NCBI GenBank assembly: GCA_051362555.1 | Contig: CM120645.1 | Coordinates: 11,842,001 to 11,906,000 of the forward strand | From: Lingula anatina | Lineage: Eukaryota; Animalia; Brachiopoda | Direction of reading: 5' to 3' | DNA: 64,000 nt | Shown: in pieces, positions 1-14,181 of the stretch | Numbering within the stretch: position 1 is the stretch's first letter | How the letters are laid out: each line of letters starts with the position of its first letter | Program-made: the position numbers and the translations under genes | Notes under the pieces: generated by a model | The model's input: only the letters and a program-made list of their open reading frames with translations | Told to the model about the DNA's origin: nothing | Databases searched by the model: none

Positions 1-80
1 AGACTTTTACTAATAATAGAATAGTACGAAAAGTTGGAGTGTTTTAAACGTTTTGTGACAATTCTTCTCGATTTATTTAG

Positions 81-958
81 ACACCCACTTTGGACTGAAT
101 TGCCAACAAGAGCAGACGCCAGAATAAAAATCCTCCAAGGCGCCATCATCTACACAGATACAGAGCACGTCTTCAGGGATCTGATTGACAAATTAGTCTG
201 GTAGGCAATTCCACATTACGATTTGTAAATATTTGTGCTGTAAATTATTTAATGGAATATCGTGGCCAACTATGACTCGAACTATATAACTATAACTTGA
301 ACTATTTCTCTCTGTAACATTTCAGCAATGTGGAGCAGAGAATTGACAGCATGACTGGCTTTTTGAGTCATCGGTACGTATTTCATCAATATTTTTCTTC
401 CTGCAAAGATACTTTTAACTAAAAAATTTTAATTAACTTTTCTGAACCATTTCTTTAAAAATTTCATTTAATTTTCATTGTCATTTATTATGAATTTTGT
501 ATTGAATCTATCTTTTATCACCATGTTCATTTGTTTTTATTTTCACAATCTTTTATAATCATTTATTCATTTATTTATTTATTTAATTGCAGTTGGCTCT
601 GTGACTACTACGTGAATAATTTTCCAACCGATATGGTCACCTCTCCCATTTTAGACATTGCTCAGGTAATGTCTGGTTTTATTATACTGACCAATTCTAA
701 TGAAGTAGATTCTCGCTGGTTTCTTATGACCAAATGTCAACGACTCTTTAGCCTAAATGCAGATGAAAAATAGGGATATATTTTCCGTAAGCGCTTACTA
801 AATTTAACCTATCATGCATGCTTGTGATACTTTATACACTTAACAGACTGCATATATTTAACTTTTTGTCATAATAGGAAGTGCTGGAGGAAGAACAGCT
901 TGAGATGGGTCCTTTGACAGCAAACTCCAGCGTCCGCAATATTGTCGGCGATGGCTAG
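81..958 (+). CDS. Divergent protein kinase, tandem copy 1 (last four exons only; 5' part lies outside the window)
   Basis: Exons 81-200, 326-373, 593-665 and 878-958 (TAG). They have GT-AG boundaries and consistent phase, and closely match exons 4686-4805, 5028-5075, 5884-5956 and 6214-6294 of copy 2. Confidence 0.8.
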
Positions 959-2841
959 GAGGATACCGTCACCACCGGCTTCTTCGATGCCTCCCGCTAG
1001 TTTCACGATTTATCTGGAAGTAGCCGACTTTGCGACAGGAACTTATCCACTTCATTATAAATATAGACGACTTTATAACATAAGCCTTCAAAAGCCCAGG
1101 GCGATTAATAAAACGTCTCCAAATATCAATTAAAATTAAAAAAAAAAAACTCAAGAGACTATGATGACTTTCATTCAAGTTTTCCATTTTTCTGTAAAAT
1201 ATACAACGTATAATACAGTTTCAATTTGTAATTTACAATCAAAAAAAAAAAAAAAAAAAAAAAACTTCAGAGGCGTTAGGGAATATATATCTTGTTTTAT
1301 TTGTATGTGCACAGGCTGTTTCACAAAATCACAATAGTGTTGATAATTGCTTGATAGAAAAGTCGAATAAATATTTGAAAAAAATTTTGTTGGCCTATTT
1401 CTTTTTCAGTAATTCCACAGGATAATAAAAACGTGTCCCACCAAAACATGTAGGTAGACCCTATATATATATATATATATAATGAAAATAATAAAGTTAT
1501 TATATGACTCCAGGTTATGGAACAAAAGACATTCGGGATGTAAACAATCGCTGTTACCAAGTTTGAAGAACTAGTTTACAGCTTCACTTGGTCGAGTCAA
1601 GGATGCGTTTATATGTTTTTTTTTTTTTTTTTTTTTTCAATGAACGAATGGCTGAATGTACCAAATCATGTGAATTCATCAAAGAGAAGATCGTGATATT
1701 GTAAGGTTGCCTTTGTACATGTACCCAGCAGGTAGAACGTAAACAATTCCTGTTACCACGCAAATTTTAGTATCTGCTACAATGTATCGAACACGCTATG
1801 CCACGCATGCTATGGCCTAATAGATTTGGAGTGCTACCGTTTACAAGTTCCCAAACTTCATATTTAATATAAAAAATTTATGAACTTACGTGTATTCGTG
1901 GCCTTTTTAAGGCCGTCTGCCATCCGCTCTCGGCTTCATGTGTTATTCACAATGTCTGATCTCGATTTAGACTCTATACATGTTGATCTAACATTTTTTC
2001 ACAAATACATCGATGGTTGTGGATGTAAACAAACCCCTCATTCCTGCTAATATTGTAACTTGTTTCATCATTTCAGACTCTACATTGATCGTGTTTCTTG
2101 CTTTCGATAAAATGAAATAATTTTCAACCCAAATCAGCTGGGTATCCACTTTCAAGTTTAACAAGTAAAATCTAGGTTAGTCTAAAGATTTCCTTCAATC
2201 TTGTAAAAACGCTCGTTTTCCATTTAGGGCGCATGCATATTGCACGTGATAGATATATCCTTAAAAGGCAAAACGTATTGTGACGTCATTGGCCCGTGCC
2301 GACGTAACCAGGCAGCACAAAAGCTATTGGAGATATGCTGAGCGCCAGCGAAGTGAATACGGAGATTTTCTTTTGAGTAAAAAATACGATATAAACAATG
2401 ATAGTTGCGTCTCATTTGGCCTTTTTAGGCATGAAATACAGTTACATGTACTTTTTTCACAGAGAAATATTCAGACTCGAAAACGAGGTAAGATATTGCT
2501 TTTTGTTTTGCAGAACAAAAATCGAATACCCAACTGTTTGTTTCAGTATATATGTATGTTACCCCAGGTAAAGCTATTTATAACTTAGATTCTTATTAAT
2601 CAAAATAAGATTCTGTGTGGCGTCTTTTTAATAAGTATCAGAGGTAATCGAACAATTTCATTTAAGTATCCATATAACTTATTCTGATAATTTCACTCGC
2701 CAAGAAGATTAAATCAAGGAAATTCCTGGTAACTGGGCACGCAGTTTCAGTAAATTCATATCGATGATATGCTCAAATAAAAACAAATTAAAATCTACGT
2801 TTGCACCTTTTAATCCAATCTCCTTTTATTCAATGTTTAAG

Positions 2842-5800
2842 GTTCGGGCTCTTTTCTGGAAGGAAGACACTATGCTTCCTATTTTGGGAGGTGGAGGATT
2901 CGGTTCGGTGTACAAGGTAATGAACTTATCATGATAAACGAACAAAAGTGATACTGGGATAACGGGAATAGCTATAGCAGTATCAATGGTAAAAACAGTT
3001 ATGGCAGTAATTATAGATTTTGAAGCATAAGCAGCAGAACAATATATGTTTACAGTGATTAATCATTTAGTAATTTTACCAGTTTTTCAATTATTATGCT
3101 TATTTACGGATGTGCCATTCCACTAACTGCTCGAAATATTTTATGTTTAGTTTAAAAACAACCTAGCATTAAAGGTACCAGCCTCTGCGGCCTATGCAAG
3201 GTCCATCTACAGTGAAGTTTCTTTTATGAAGAGGATAGACAGCAAATTTATCTTAAGGTGTTTGATACAAACGATTTATATTCGAATTTGTAAAATTAAA
3301 TGCCTATGAAACAGATGACTTTTACAAAATACGCCATGTAACAAACGCTTCACCTCGTAAAATAATATTCTTAATATGCTCACAATTGTCCACAGGTTTC
3401 TGATATTATATCACAATATTGTTACGTTAAAAGAGTTGAAGAACACTTTAGACGGACAATCTACATAAACAATCTACAATCTACAGTAACTGTAAAATCT
3501 CAATTTTTTATAAAACAATAAAGAATTAATCATTCAATCTTCTCTCTATCTCTCAGTGTGTCTCAATCTGATATGAATTTCCGTTCCAGACTAGTTCATT
3601 CATTTGAAGTCAGGCCTGGTTTCCCTATCTTACTTACGGAATTATGTCCCATGGACCTGGAAATACTTCAAGAGTATTGGGAAACATTTTTGTAAGTAAT
3701 TCTGTTACTTTCTTTTCTTTAAAAACACTTTTTTTGTATTTTTATATAGCTTGATTTTTTAATGTAATTTTATATAGCTTAATTCTTAACTTATTCATTT
3801 CATAAGGAATACGTTTTTCAACAAAACATTTTTCATTAAATGTTTACAAGAATAGTATACTGATAGTTCCTTTAATTTATTTCTTAGGGACGCAGTTCCT
3901 CTTCAGATGGTGAAATATATTGCCACTTGCGTCTGTATGGCTATTGGGCACTTGCACCAACGGAACTTAGCCCACTTTGATATAAAAACGAACAACGTGT
4001 TGATTAGTATACACGGGGTCCCTAAACTGGTAAGATGTTCTCTTTGTTGTGTGTCACTTTGTACTGTGTAATAAAATAATGAGGTTATTTTTCTCTTCTT
4101 GCTATAAATTTCCTAGGTCGGGCCAGATTTCGAATTCCATCTCGCTCTTTTCTATAACTTGATTTTACGTACCTATCTGTAAATGTGTCACCAATGTGCA
4201 ATAATCTAAACGAAAACATATTACGACTAGTAAAATATGATTTTGTTTTAGATTGATAACAAAAGGCTTGGATATACTCAACACTTTCACTTTGGTACCC
4301 AGAAAAACAATTTTTTAATGCGGTTTTATTTGTTCCAGTGTGATTTAGGGTCCGTTCACCCTCTCAGTGAGACTGGTGAAAGCATACACAGGGTGGAGTC
4401 AATGAACTTCACCCTCTACAAAAACATGCCTCCAGAGGTAATGAGGGGTGGTGCCCCCTCGTGGAGAGCAGATTATTACGCCTTGGGTGTCATGTTGTTC
4501 GAATTAATGGAGGGAAGGTAAGTAAGCAAAGGATGCAGTTCTGTAAATAATGGCTTTGAAGTGTTAATCTTCTCTATTAGAAAATATCAGGCCATGGGGG
4601 TATCAAGACATTTACTTATAATAGAATTGTACAAAATGTTGGAACGTTTTAGACGTTTTGTGATAATTTTACTCGATTTATTTAGACACCCACTTTGGAC
4701 TGAATTGCCAACTAGAGCAGAAGCCAGAAGCAAAATCCTCCAAGGCACTATCATCTACACAGATACAGAGCACGTCTTCAGGGATCTGATTGACAGATTA
4801 GTCTGGTAGGCAATTATACATTACGATTTGTAAATATTTGGGCTGTAAATTATTTAATGGAATATCGTGGCCAAATCTTCGCCGTTTAAGCATCACACAA
4901 TGCACTTTTTGTTTTTAAATTATGTTTACTTCGTAGAAATCGTTTGTAGTCATCTTCAATTCACCCTATCTTTTCTCATAATAAACTGTCAACTCAGATT
5001 GAACTATTTCTCTCTGTTACATTTCAGCAATATGGAGCAGAGAATTGACAGCATGACTGGCCTTTTCAGTCATCGGTACCTATTTCATCAACATTTTTCT
5101 TCCTGCAAGGCTACATATTTATTTTACTTTTCTTAACCATTTCTTTTAGAAAAATCACTTAATTTTCATTCTCATAAATTATAAATTTTGTAATGAATCT
5201 ATATTCTATTACCATATTCATTTTTTAGATTGTTACCGGGAATAATTAACTAAACCCAGGTGGCTGGTTCAAAGTTTAGTTTATTCTGACTTCCAAACCA
5301 AAATAGTATAAAATAAAAACCCCAAAAGAGATATACAGCAATATTTACAATATAGTAAAAAATAAATAAATTATACAGACAATTATACTGACAATCTTAC
5401 TGACAATTTAACATGTTTTTGTTAAATTAAGAAATACTAGTCTTGCTATAAAGGACAAGTATATAGATTTACACAGCGCTAACTCGTACATACCCCAATT
5501 TCCTAGAGGGGGTTATAATTGACTAAGACGGAAAATAAACTAGATGACTCTGTTATCTGAGGCTGAAAGAAAAAATTGAATAAGAGTAGTGGAAAATATA
5601 TCTATAGTAAATATGATAGGAAATACGATCAGAAAGAAATACGAGAGCAACTAACTTACCAACACAAGCCTCAGTCATTCCACCGACTATTGCTCGAAAT
5701 TGGCGCGCACAGATTTTATATAGTAAAAGGTCACGTGATAGAAGATAAGTTGTCAAAGGATGTGAAGGTACTAAAGGAGTCACGAGTGTGAACGTAGAAG

Positions 5801-6294
5801 TAGTCAGAGAACCAATTATATCACTAGGTCACAAAATTATCTTATATAATCATTTATTCATTTCTTTATTTATTTAATTCTAGTTGGCTCTGTGACTACT
5901 ACGTGAATAATTTTCCAACCGATATGGTCACCTCTCCCATTTTAGACATTGCTCAGGTAATGTCTGGTTTTATTATACTGACCAATTCTAATAAAGTAGA
6001 TTCTCGCTGGTTTTTTAGAGTGAACCTTCACCGACTTCATGCAGTTTGTATATTATATCGTCAAAAATACCAAACGTTAACGTCTCTGTAATCTATGTAA
6101 TGGAAAAAGTTGGGATCTATTTTCTGGTAACATTTACTAAAACATATTATGCATTCTTGTGACATAGAGATATACTTTACTGATTAATTATATTTAACTT
6201 TTTGTCATAATAGGAAGTGTTGGAGGAAGAACAGCTGGAGATGGGTCCTCTGACAGCAAACAGCGGCGTCCGCAATATTGTCGGCGATGGCTAG
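2842..6294 (+). CDS. Divergent Ser/Thr-type protein kinase, tandem copy 2 (N-terminus uncertain)
   Basis: Phase-consistent exons 2842-2916 (LGGGGFGSVYK glycine loop), 3151-3257 (LALK, SE of helix C), 3590-3691, 3888-4029 (HFDIKTNN catalytic loop), 4339-4517 (CDLG, MPPE, ADYYALGV), 4686-4805, 5028-5075, 5884-5956 and 6214-6294. Candidate upstream exons near 1649-1700 and 2077 onward contain an in-frame TAA, so the start is unresolved. Confidence 0.85.
5231..5833. mobile_element. Probable solo LTR in a kinase copy 2 intron
   Basis: A ~600-bp segment absent from the equivalent intron of copy 1 (~530-550). It begins TGTTACC and ends GGTCACA (TG...CA, imperfect inverted termini). The flanks agat/aaat would be an imperfect 4-bp TSD. 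Confidence 0.55.
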
Positions 6295-7169
6295 GAGACT
6301 GCTGTAAACCGCAGGCCGCTTCAACGCCTTCCTCAAGTTTCACGATTAATTTTGAAGTAGCCGACTATATATGAAACAAACTATCCAACTCATTCCAATT
6401 ATAACCGACTTCATAATTTTAGCCTGCAACAGATCAGAACGATTAATTAATTAATATCTGCTACAAATATCTCTTTTAATAAATGTTGAAAAAATCAAGA
6501 GGAAGATGATTCTAATACTTTTTTCCTTACTCCTGCATTATTTATCATATAAGATAAAAAAAAAAATTAAGCTAATTTTTTAACATTAAAATAGAATTTG
6601 GTCATTAATACCACGTTTCTATTTTATGTGACAGAATAAGTGTCACATAATTTTTAAAATCAGCTTAAAATCAGTAAGATTGTTACTAAATTGTCCTGTA
6701 AATTGTTTTGATAACCTACACAGAAAAGATTAATAAATTTCTTGTAACTGAAATTCATTTCTCTTGAGGACCAATCTTTCTCAACGGGACCTAATTTTCA
6801 GAGGTTGGGTAAAAACAATTTGTCCGGCCAAAACAGGCCTAGCTTACCAGTAGATGTATGCAAGCTGGGCTGTCACTTTGATTGGTTAGAAAACGATTGT
6901 CGCTCCATGATATAAAAAATCGAGTGCATAAACTTTAAAACTACATCAAAACGATATTGCAGTACCATACTAGTCTGCCATAAAGAAAAAAATTTAAAAA
7001 ATAAAGAAAAAAAATCAAAATCGGTTAAAGTATTCAAAACTAATTTTGCAATTTATATTCTTCGTTTTATTTCTCTGTCACATAGAAAAATTGGAAAACG
7101 CATTTTGCAACCGCAACGTATTTTTCGAGCAGGTATTTTCTAAGACGATGAAACGATTTGAAATACTAA

Positions 7170-7762
7170 TGCCCCTATTTCACACAGACCACGAATCCCA
7201 CGAATGGCCAGGAATTGACAAATTTCAGGATTCGTGGTTGAATCGTAATCAGTTCGTGAAGTTCTTAAGGATTCGTATATACTCGTAGTCAGTTCTTGCA
7301 CTTCTTGACCAACAGGAATTAGTGTCAAAAACTTTGATTCCCCTATTTCACACACAGACCACGAATCCCACGAATCGCCAGGAATTGAAAATTTCAGGAT
7401 TCGTGGTTGAATCGTAATCAGTTCGTGGAGTTCTTAACAGATTCGTATATAATCGTAGTCAGATCTTGCAATTCTTGATCAATCGGGAATTCGTGGCAAA
7501 AATTTTGAGCTGTTTAAAATGTTGGCCACGAACTCCCGATTCCAAAAAATAGTAGTGAATTTGTGGACAATATTCGTGCGATTCCAGCCGAAACCCACAA
7601 ATATTCGAATTCGTAACACTATCGCACCTGTATCGTAACTGAATCGTAGTGCGTGTCGAATTAGACCAGAAAATTGGCAAAATCTCACGAATCCTCACGA
7701 ATCCAGAAATTTGCCAATTCCTGGCGATTCGTGAGATTCGTGGTCTGTGTGAAATAGGGGCA
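7170..7762. mobile_element. PIF/Harbinger-type MITE with an internally duplicated left end
   Basis: Long TIRs tgcccctatttcacacagaccacgaatc... / ...gattcgtggtctgtgtgaaataggggca. TAA target duplication at 7167-7169 and 7763-7765. The left ~140 bp recurs at ~7340-7480. Confidence 0.85.
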
Positions 7763-7840
7763 TAAAGAGATAAAACTGAGATGAGGGCGGGGTTGCTTCG
7801 ACTAAAAGCACGTTGAATGTTGTTAGGTTGTCCCTGGGAA

Positions 7841-7896
7841 ATATAATATAATATAATATAATATAATATAATATAATATAATATAATATAATATAA
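7841..7896. repeat. (ATATA)n pentanucleotide microsatellite
   Basis: Directly visible tandem run. Confidence 0.95.
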
Positions 7897-8988
7897 TTAA
7901 TTTCACACTGCGATTTCTGCTATCTCCAGCTTGACTATTAGAGGTAGGGCCTTAAGACGTGGGAGATTGATAAACCCACATCAGGGTTATGCACGGGACC
8001 TTCGGGATTTTGATATGGTTTTGTGTGTGTCTGTCCACAGTAATGGTTTATTCAGTTTTCTTACAACGTAGTTTCTGCTATTTACTATTAGACAATTACA
8101 GTAGGAAAGTTGCGATGTCGGAGGTGGATAAACCTATCATTAAGGATGTGCATGAGCACTGCAGAATTCTAGAGAGACTTTGGGTGTGTCTGCTTGTTTT
8201 TGCAGCGTAATTTCTGCTTTCTTCTCTTAGACCAAAGAGGGAGGAACATGAAACGTCGGGAAGTGATAAACCTATAATCAGGGCCGTGCATGGGCCCTGC
8301 AGAATTCAGCAGAGACCCGAAAACAAAACTTTCATTCTCTGTCTTAGAAACTTGTGATCGACACCATGATGATGAAACGCTCAGACTAAGAGATATGAAC
8401 GCTAAGAGAAGAATGAAAAGGTACGAATATGAAGGGAACAGAGCTTCCGCGCCGTCAAGCCAGGTGACCTTGTTTTAATCACACAACAGAAGGAAAACCT
8501 CTCAACCAACATTGATTCACTGTCTTTACCTGTAAAAAGAACAAACGTCCTCATCATCACCGCTCAAAAGACAAATGGGCCACGTCTGACCAGAAACTCT
8601 TCCAGACTTCCAAAATCAATTAAAACCTCCTTAAAAAGGCGATCTTGGCTTTGCCATAATGGACGAACGATTTAAAAAAGAAAAATTGAATCAACCACCC
8701 CCAGGGACAGACAAGCCCCAAGTCACATTAAAATTCCGCATGATTTTCGCTTATGTGAATATAGAGTTGCGATACTGCATTTAAGGTTATGAAAACGCCA
8801 GATAATAATAATAGTATAATACACCCCTATCTGCCACAATTCGTTCAAACGTTTTTCCAGATCCCTGACTTATGCATCAATTCTGAACGGACACTTCAGA
8901 ATATCAAAAGTAACAAAAACTATGAGATACTAAAATAAGGTTTGCGGTAACATCAGCAAAAAGTACGGAGAAACAATACAAGGACACA

Positions 8989-9937
8989 ATGTTTACTATC
9001 AGTAACAAACTGGCGAAGAAAAAACAAAATGACAGGACAATGGATACTCCGGATATGCAGATTGACAAGAGACAAAGACATGAATCAAATCCCTCACCGG
9101 GAAATAATGACATAGCAAAGAAACTCAGGATGGGCAGCCCACTATGCCTCGAAGACTACACAAGCGCAAACGAACATTCGGGCGAAATCATCCCAGATGA
9201 CACCTCACCATCTATAGAAGGTACGAGTAAATTTCAAACGATACTATCTACAATAGATAAACGCCTCGCGTCCATTGACAAAATTGCAGCTATGTCGGAA
9301 GCAAAGTATCCTACACGAACTATTGAATAATGTCAGTGACCTTACTTTAAGTTTAACTTTGACGCAAAATGAAGTGGATACGCTGAAGAAGGAAAATGAA
9401 CAATTAAAAGAAAGGATCAAAGTCATTGAAAATAAATCAAATATAAATACTGAGCGCCAAAAGGCTGTAGACGCGGAATTGTTAGAGATGAGAACACGCA
9501 GTATGAGAGACAATCTTTTGATATATAACGTTGAGGAAAAACAGAATGAAACGCCCACTGAAACGGAGAACGCTTTTTATAACTTTCTAGAAACTCAGCT
9601 CTCTATTCCAAACCCAAGACATTCAGTAAAGATTGACCGGATTCATATAGTGGGACCGCAGAACAAACAGGGAAAAATAAGGCCTATTATCGCCAAATTC
9701 AACCCCTACAAAGGTAGAATGCTTGTCATGAACAGCGCCTACAGGCTTAGGGGTAAGAAAAATTCAGCTGGTCTCCACTACGGCATCTCAGAACAATTTC
9801 CGCATGAAATTGAGCGACGACGCAAGGAGTTGTACCCAGTCCTGAAGAGAGCCAAGGCCGCAGGGGACAAAACCGCTAAATTGATAGTGGACAAACTGAA
9901 ATGTGAATGGGACGCAACGAATCATCAAAGATCCTAG
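8989..9937 (+). pseudogene. LINE ORF1 (coiled coil + RRM-like + CTD, L1 Transposase_22-like), one frameshift
   Basis: Split over ORFs 8989-9330 and 9275-9937. Motifs RSMRDNLLIYNVEE, IDRIH, RPIIAKF and ISEQFP are typical of L1-type ORF1p. Confidence 0.85.
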
Positions 9938-10387
9938 CGAAATACCCGAAGGCGCTTCGTTTGGGTAATTACTGTGCACTTCATCTATTTCATGGTAACA
10001 TTGGAGTAGTTGTGATGAGTTGCGTAATGTACACGGTGGAGATGACTTACTTTCAGAAGTAAGCCAACGTGGAAGGACATGCAACGGACCGATTAGTAAC
10101 ATGTTTAGTATTTCTTCGTCGGGTTTATCTATATATATATATATATTTGTTACATGTATTATTATGCTGATGTAGCTACTGACATTTGAAGGTATATATG
10201 CCGAGCAACAGCAGGGCGTGGCTCTTCTATCCTTTGATATTTCAATGTTTTTGTGTTTTGATTTGTGTTATAGCTGATGTATGTACGAAGGAGCGAATGG
10301 TGAGTGAGTGTGATATCGATTATCAACTAACGTACGCATGTTATTTAATTCTAATAACCGGAGAATATTTATATTCTATATATAGTA

Positions 10388-13300
10388 ATGCAGCTATTAA
10401 GGTATTATCTTATCATTACCATCTGTAAATTGACTATTTTCACATTGAATTGCCAGGGCTTAAGAGATAGAGCCAAAAGGAAAGATGTGTTTAGATACTT
10501 GAGAAACTTAAATCATAATATATACTGCATTCAAGATAGTCATTTCACGAAAGAAATGGAGAACGAAGTGAGAAATATGTGGGGCTTTGATTGTTTCTTC
10601 AGCTCTTATAAGTCAAATAGTAGGGGAGTAGGTATACTGATAAATAATAATTTTGAATTTAAACCAATTAAAGAGAAACGAGACGAAAATGGAAACTACA
10701 TTCTACTAGAGGCACTAATAGAAAATAGGAAAGTTCTCATCTGTTCGGTATATGGCCCTAATACGGATAAACCTGAATTTTTTGACTCCCTTTTTACCAA
10801 TATAGAAACTTTTGAGTGTGAAAACATTATAATATGTGGAGATTTTAATCTGGTGCTAGATCCGGCCAAGGACTATCAAAACTACAGACATGTAAATAAC
10901 CCTAATGCCAGAAACAAAATTTTGGAAATGAAGGAGAGTTATAACCTCATTGATTCGTATAGACAGTTACATCCGAATATTAATAAGTATACGTGGCGAC
11001 GACGAACACCCTTTCAGCAAGCTCGACTAGACTGCTTTTTAAACTCAGAAAACTTGTTACGTAGCACTAAATCGTGTTATATTAAGCCCGGCTATAGGAC
11101 TGATCACTCGGCTGTAGTGTTGTCACTTACCTTCCACGCGTACGTTAAGGGTAGGGGCTTCTGGAAATGCAACAGTTCCTTACTGCACGATATCACATAT
11201 ATCGAAGCAATTAGAAGTAAAATTATAGAGGTTAAAAAACAGTACGCTGTCCCGGTATATAATTTCAAAAACTTCCAAAATATACCGGACAGAGAAATTC
11301 ATTTTACGGTAAATGATCAGCTATTTTTTGAAACCCTTTTGATGGAAATTAGGGGTAAGACAATTTCTTATGCATCTTACCAAAAAAAGAAAAAGTCAGA
11401 AATAGAAAAGAATTTAGTTAAGGAAATTGAACTTTTAGAAAACATAACTTGCGAGGCCAATATTCAGACTTTAAGACAAAAGCAAAAAGAATTGGAGGAA
11501 GTACGAAAAGAAAAATTACAAGGTGCATTTATTAGATCCAGAGATAAGTGGGTGGAGGAAGGCGAAAAACCAACTAAATATTTTTGTGGTCTAGAATCGA
11601 GAAATTTTACCAATAAACTGATTCCAAGAATTCAGCTAGACGATGGCACAATTATTGTTAACCAGGGGAAGATACTAGAAAATACCAAAAAATTTTATGA
11701 AAATCTGTATGCATGCCGGGAGCATAACATAGCAGATGTTAATCTAGATAATGAGGTAACCCTTAACGATGTTTATAAACTCAGCAATCTGGAAGCTGCA
11801 GAATTGGAAGGGCCCATTACGGAGGCAGAAGCAGCACAAACATTATCTAAAATGAAATCGAACAAATCCCCGGGAACTGACGGCTTTTCAGTTGAATTCT
11901 ATAAGGTATTTTGGAGACAACTAAGCTCTTTTGTTGTCAGGTCAATTAATTTTGCTTACGAAACTGGCCAGTTATCGGTGACGCAAAAACAAGGTATAGT
12001 CACTTGCCTCCCAAAGGGAGCTGAGATAAACCACGCCACTTTCTTAAAAACTGGCGCCCCATATCACTTCTCAATACTATATACAAGATCGCCTCGGGTT
12101 CGATAGCTGCTAGGGTAAAACTAGTGTTAGATAAATTAATATATCCGGAACAAACCGGATTCATGGCTGGTAGATATATCGGAGAGAACACGCGACTTAT
12201 ATACGATACAATGCAGTATACCGAGGAAGAAAATATTCCTGGGTTACTGTTATTAATTGACTTTGAAAAGGCATTCGATTCCTTGTCTTGGTCATTCATT
12301 CAAAAGGTTCTGACCTTTTTTAACTTTGGTGATTCAGTCAGGAGATGGGCATCATTGTTCTACAATGACATCTCTGCTACAGTAAATCAAGGGGGGAATA
12401 TGTCGGAATTCTTTAAAATTAATAGAGGATGCCGTCGGGGGGATCCCCTCTCACCCTATCTCTTTATTCTATGCGCCGAAATATTGGCGGCGTTTATACG
12501 AAACAATGACAATATAAAGGGTATTAATATAGGTGCAAAAGAATTAAAAATTTCATTATATGCAGATGACACTACTCTTATACTTGACGGGAGTGAAAAG
12601 TCACTGAATGAATGTATGTTTGTCTTGGATAAATTTTCGAAGATCTCCGGTCTGCATATTAATCTCTCTCAAACTGAAGTTATATGGATTGGGTCAAAGC
12701 GATACTCTAATGATATCCTCTGCCCAAAATATAGATTAGATTGGGGAAAAACTAGTTTTAAAATGCTAGGGATAGAATTTGATGTAGATTAAGGTAAGAT
12801 AACGAAGCAAAATATGGAGACCAAGTTAACTTCCATGAAAAAAATATTTAATCAGTGGAGAGTAAGAAATATAACACCAATTGGTAAAATAACAGTAATA
12901 AAAACATTAGCCTTGCCGGTATTGAACCATATATTTATATCGCTCCCAAACCCAGAGGAAAAACAGATTAAAGAATTAGAAAAGTGTCTTTTTTCTTTTT
13001 TCTGGAATAATAAACCTGATAAAATTAAAAGAAATATCATTATAAGAGATTATAAAGCTGGGGGCTTGAGGATGGTAAGCGTGAGGCATTTTATAAAATC
13101 GTTAAAAATTTCATGGGTAAGAAGACTTATGTTCGAAAATAAAGAATGGAAAAATATTATATCCAAATATGTAGACACTGAAAAACTAATCACATGTGGT
13201 ACAGAATATATCTCAAAAATCTTGAAAAACATAAAAAATAGGTTCTGGATTGATGCCTTAGCAGCCTGGAAAGAACTCTGTGGTACAATAATGGCCAATA

Positions 13301-14181
13301 AAATCAAGGATTTTGGTAACATTCCACTCTTTCTAAATGAAAATATACTTATTGGAAATAAACCTGTCTTCTATACATCGTGGTATGACAAAAACATTAG
13401 ATTTGTTAATGATCTACTCCTGGACTCTGGGGAGCTCTATGACTTCACTGCGTTCAGGGATATCCACGGTATTGACACAAATTTTGTCGAATACCATGGA
13501 ATTATCTCAGCCATAAAAGAATGGCTTGGTGGTATTCCTGAAAAATTAAGTAAAATGGCCACTCCTTTAATTCCTGATTATATATTGTTGCTCTCAGGTT
13601 GTTCAAAAGGCTCAAAGATTTATTATAAAACTTTAAGTAAAGTAGGTGTTCTTGAGATGTCAAAAGGTATGAATAAATGGAAGGAGTTGTTAAATTTGGA
13701 AGAAAATGAATGCCCGAAGATTTTTGAACTTCTTTTCACAATAACAAAAGATTCAAAGCTTCACTGGTTCCAATTTCGAATTAATCATAATATCCTTACC
13801 ACAAATTCACTGCTTTTCAAATATAAAATGGTCGACAACAGTATATGTTCCCTTTGCAAAGGAGCTGAAGAAACAACAGAGCATTTATTCTGGAATTGTG
13901 CGGTTACCCAAAAATTATTGACCGACTTGGTAGAATATATATTATCTAATACTCAAGTTACTCTACCTGTCTCAAAACGGAATTGCTTAGTCGGCTCTAC
14001 GAGCCTCTCTCCAATTATTAATCTCATTATGTTGCAATTTCAATTTTATATTTATTTAAGAAGATGTTCACAGGGTAAACCAACATTAGGAGGTTTGATT
14101 TCATCGCTTAGATATCTGGTGAAAACAGATAAGTCAATCTGTCAGTACAATTCAAATATAATTAAGTTATTTTCAATTTGA
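10388..14181 (+). pseudogene. LINE ORF2 (APE endonuclease, reverse transcriptase, C-terminal zinc finger) with a frameshift and a nonsense codon
   Basis: APE motifs TLNCQGL, GDFN and TDHS. RT motifs KSPGTDG, DFEKAFD, GCRRGDPLSP and YADD. C-terminal CSLC...HLFWNC. Frameshift near 12020-12040 and in-frame TAA at 12790-12792. Confidence 0.92.
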
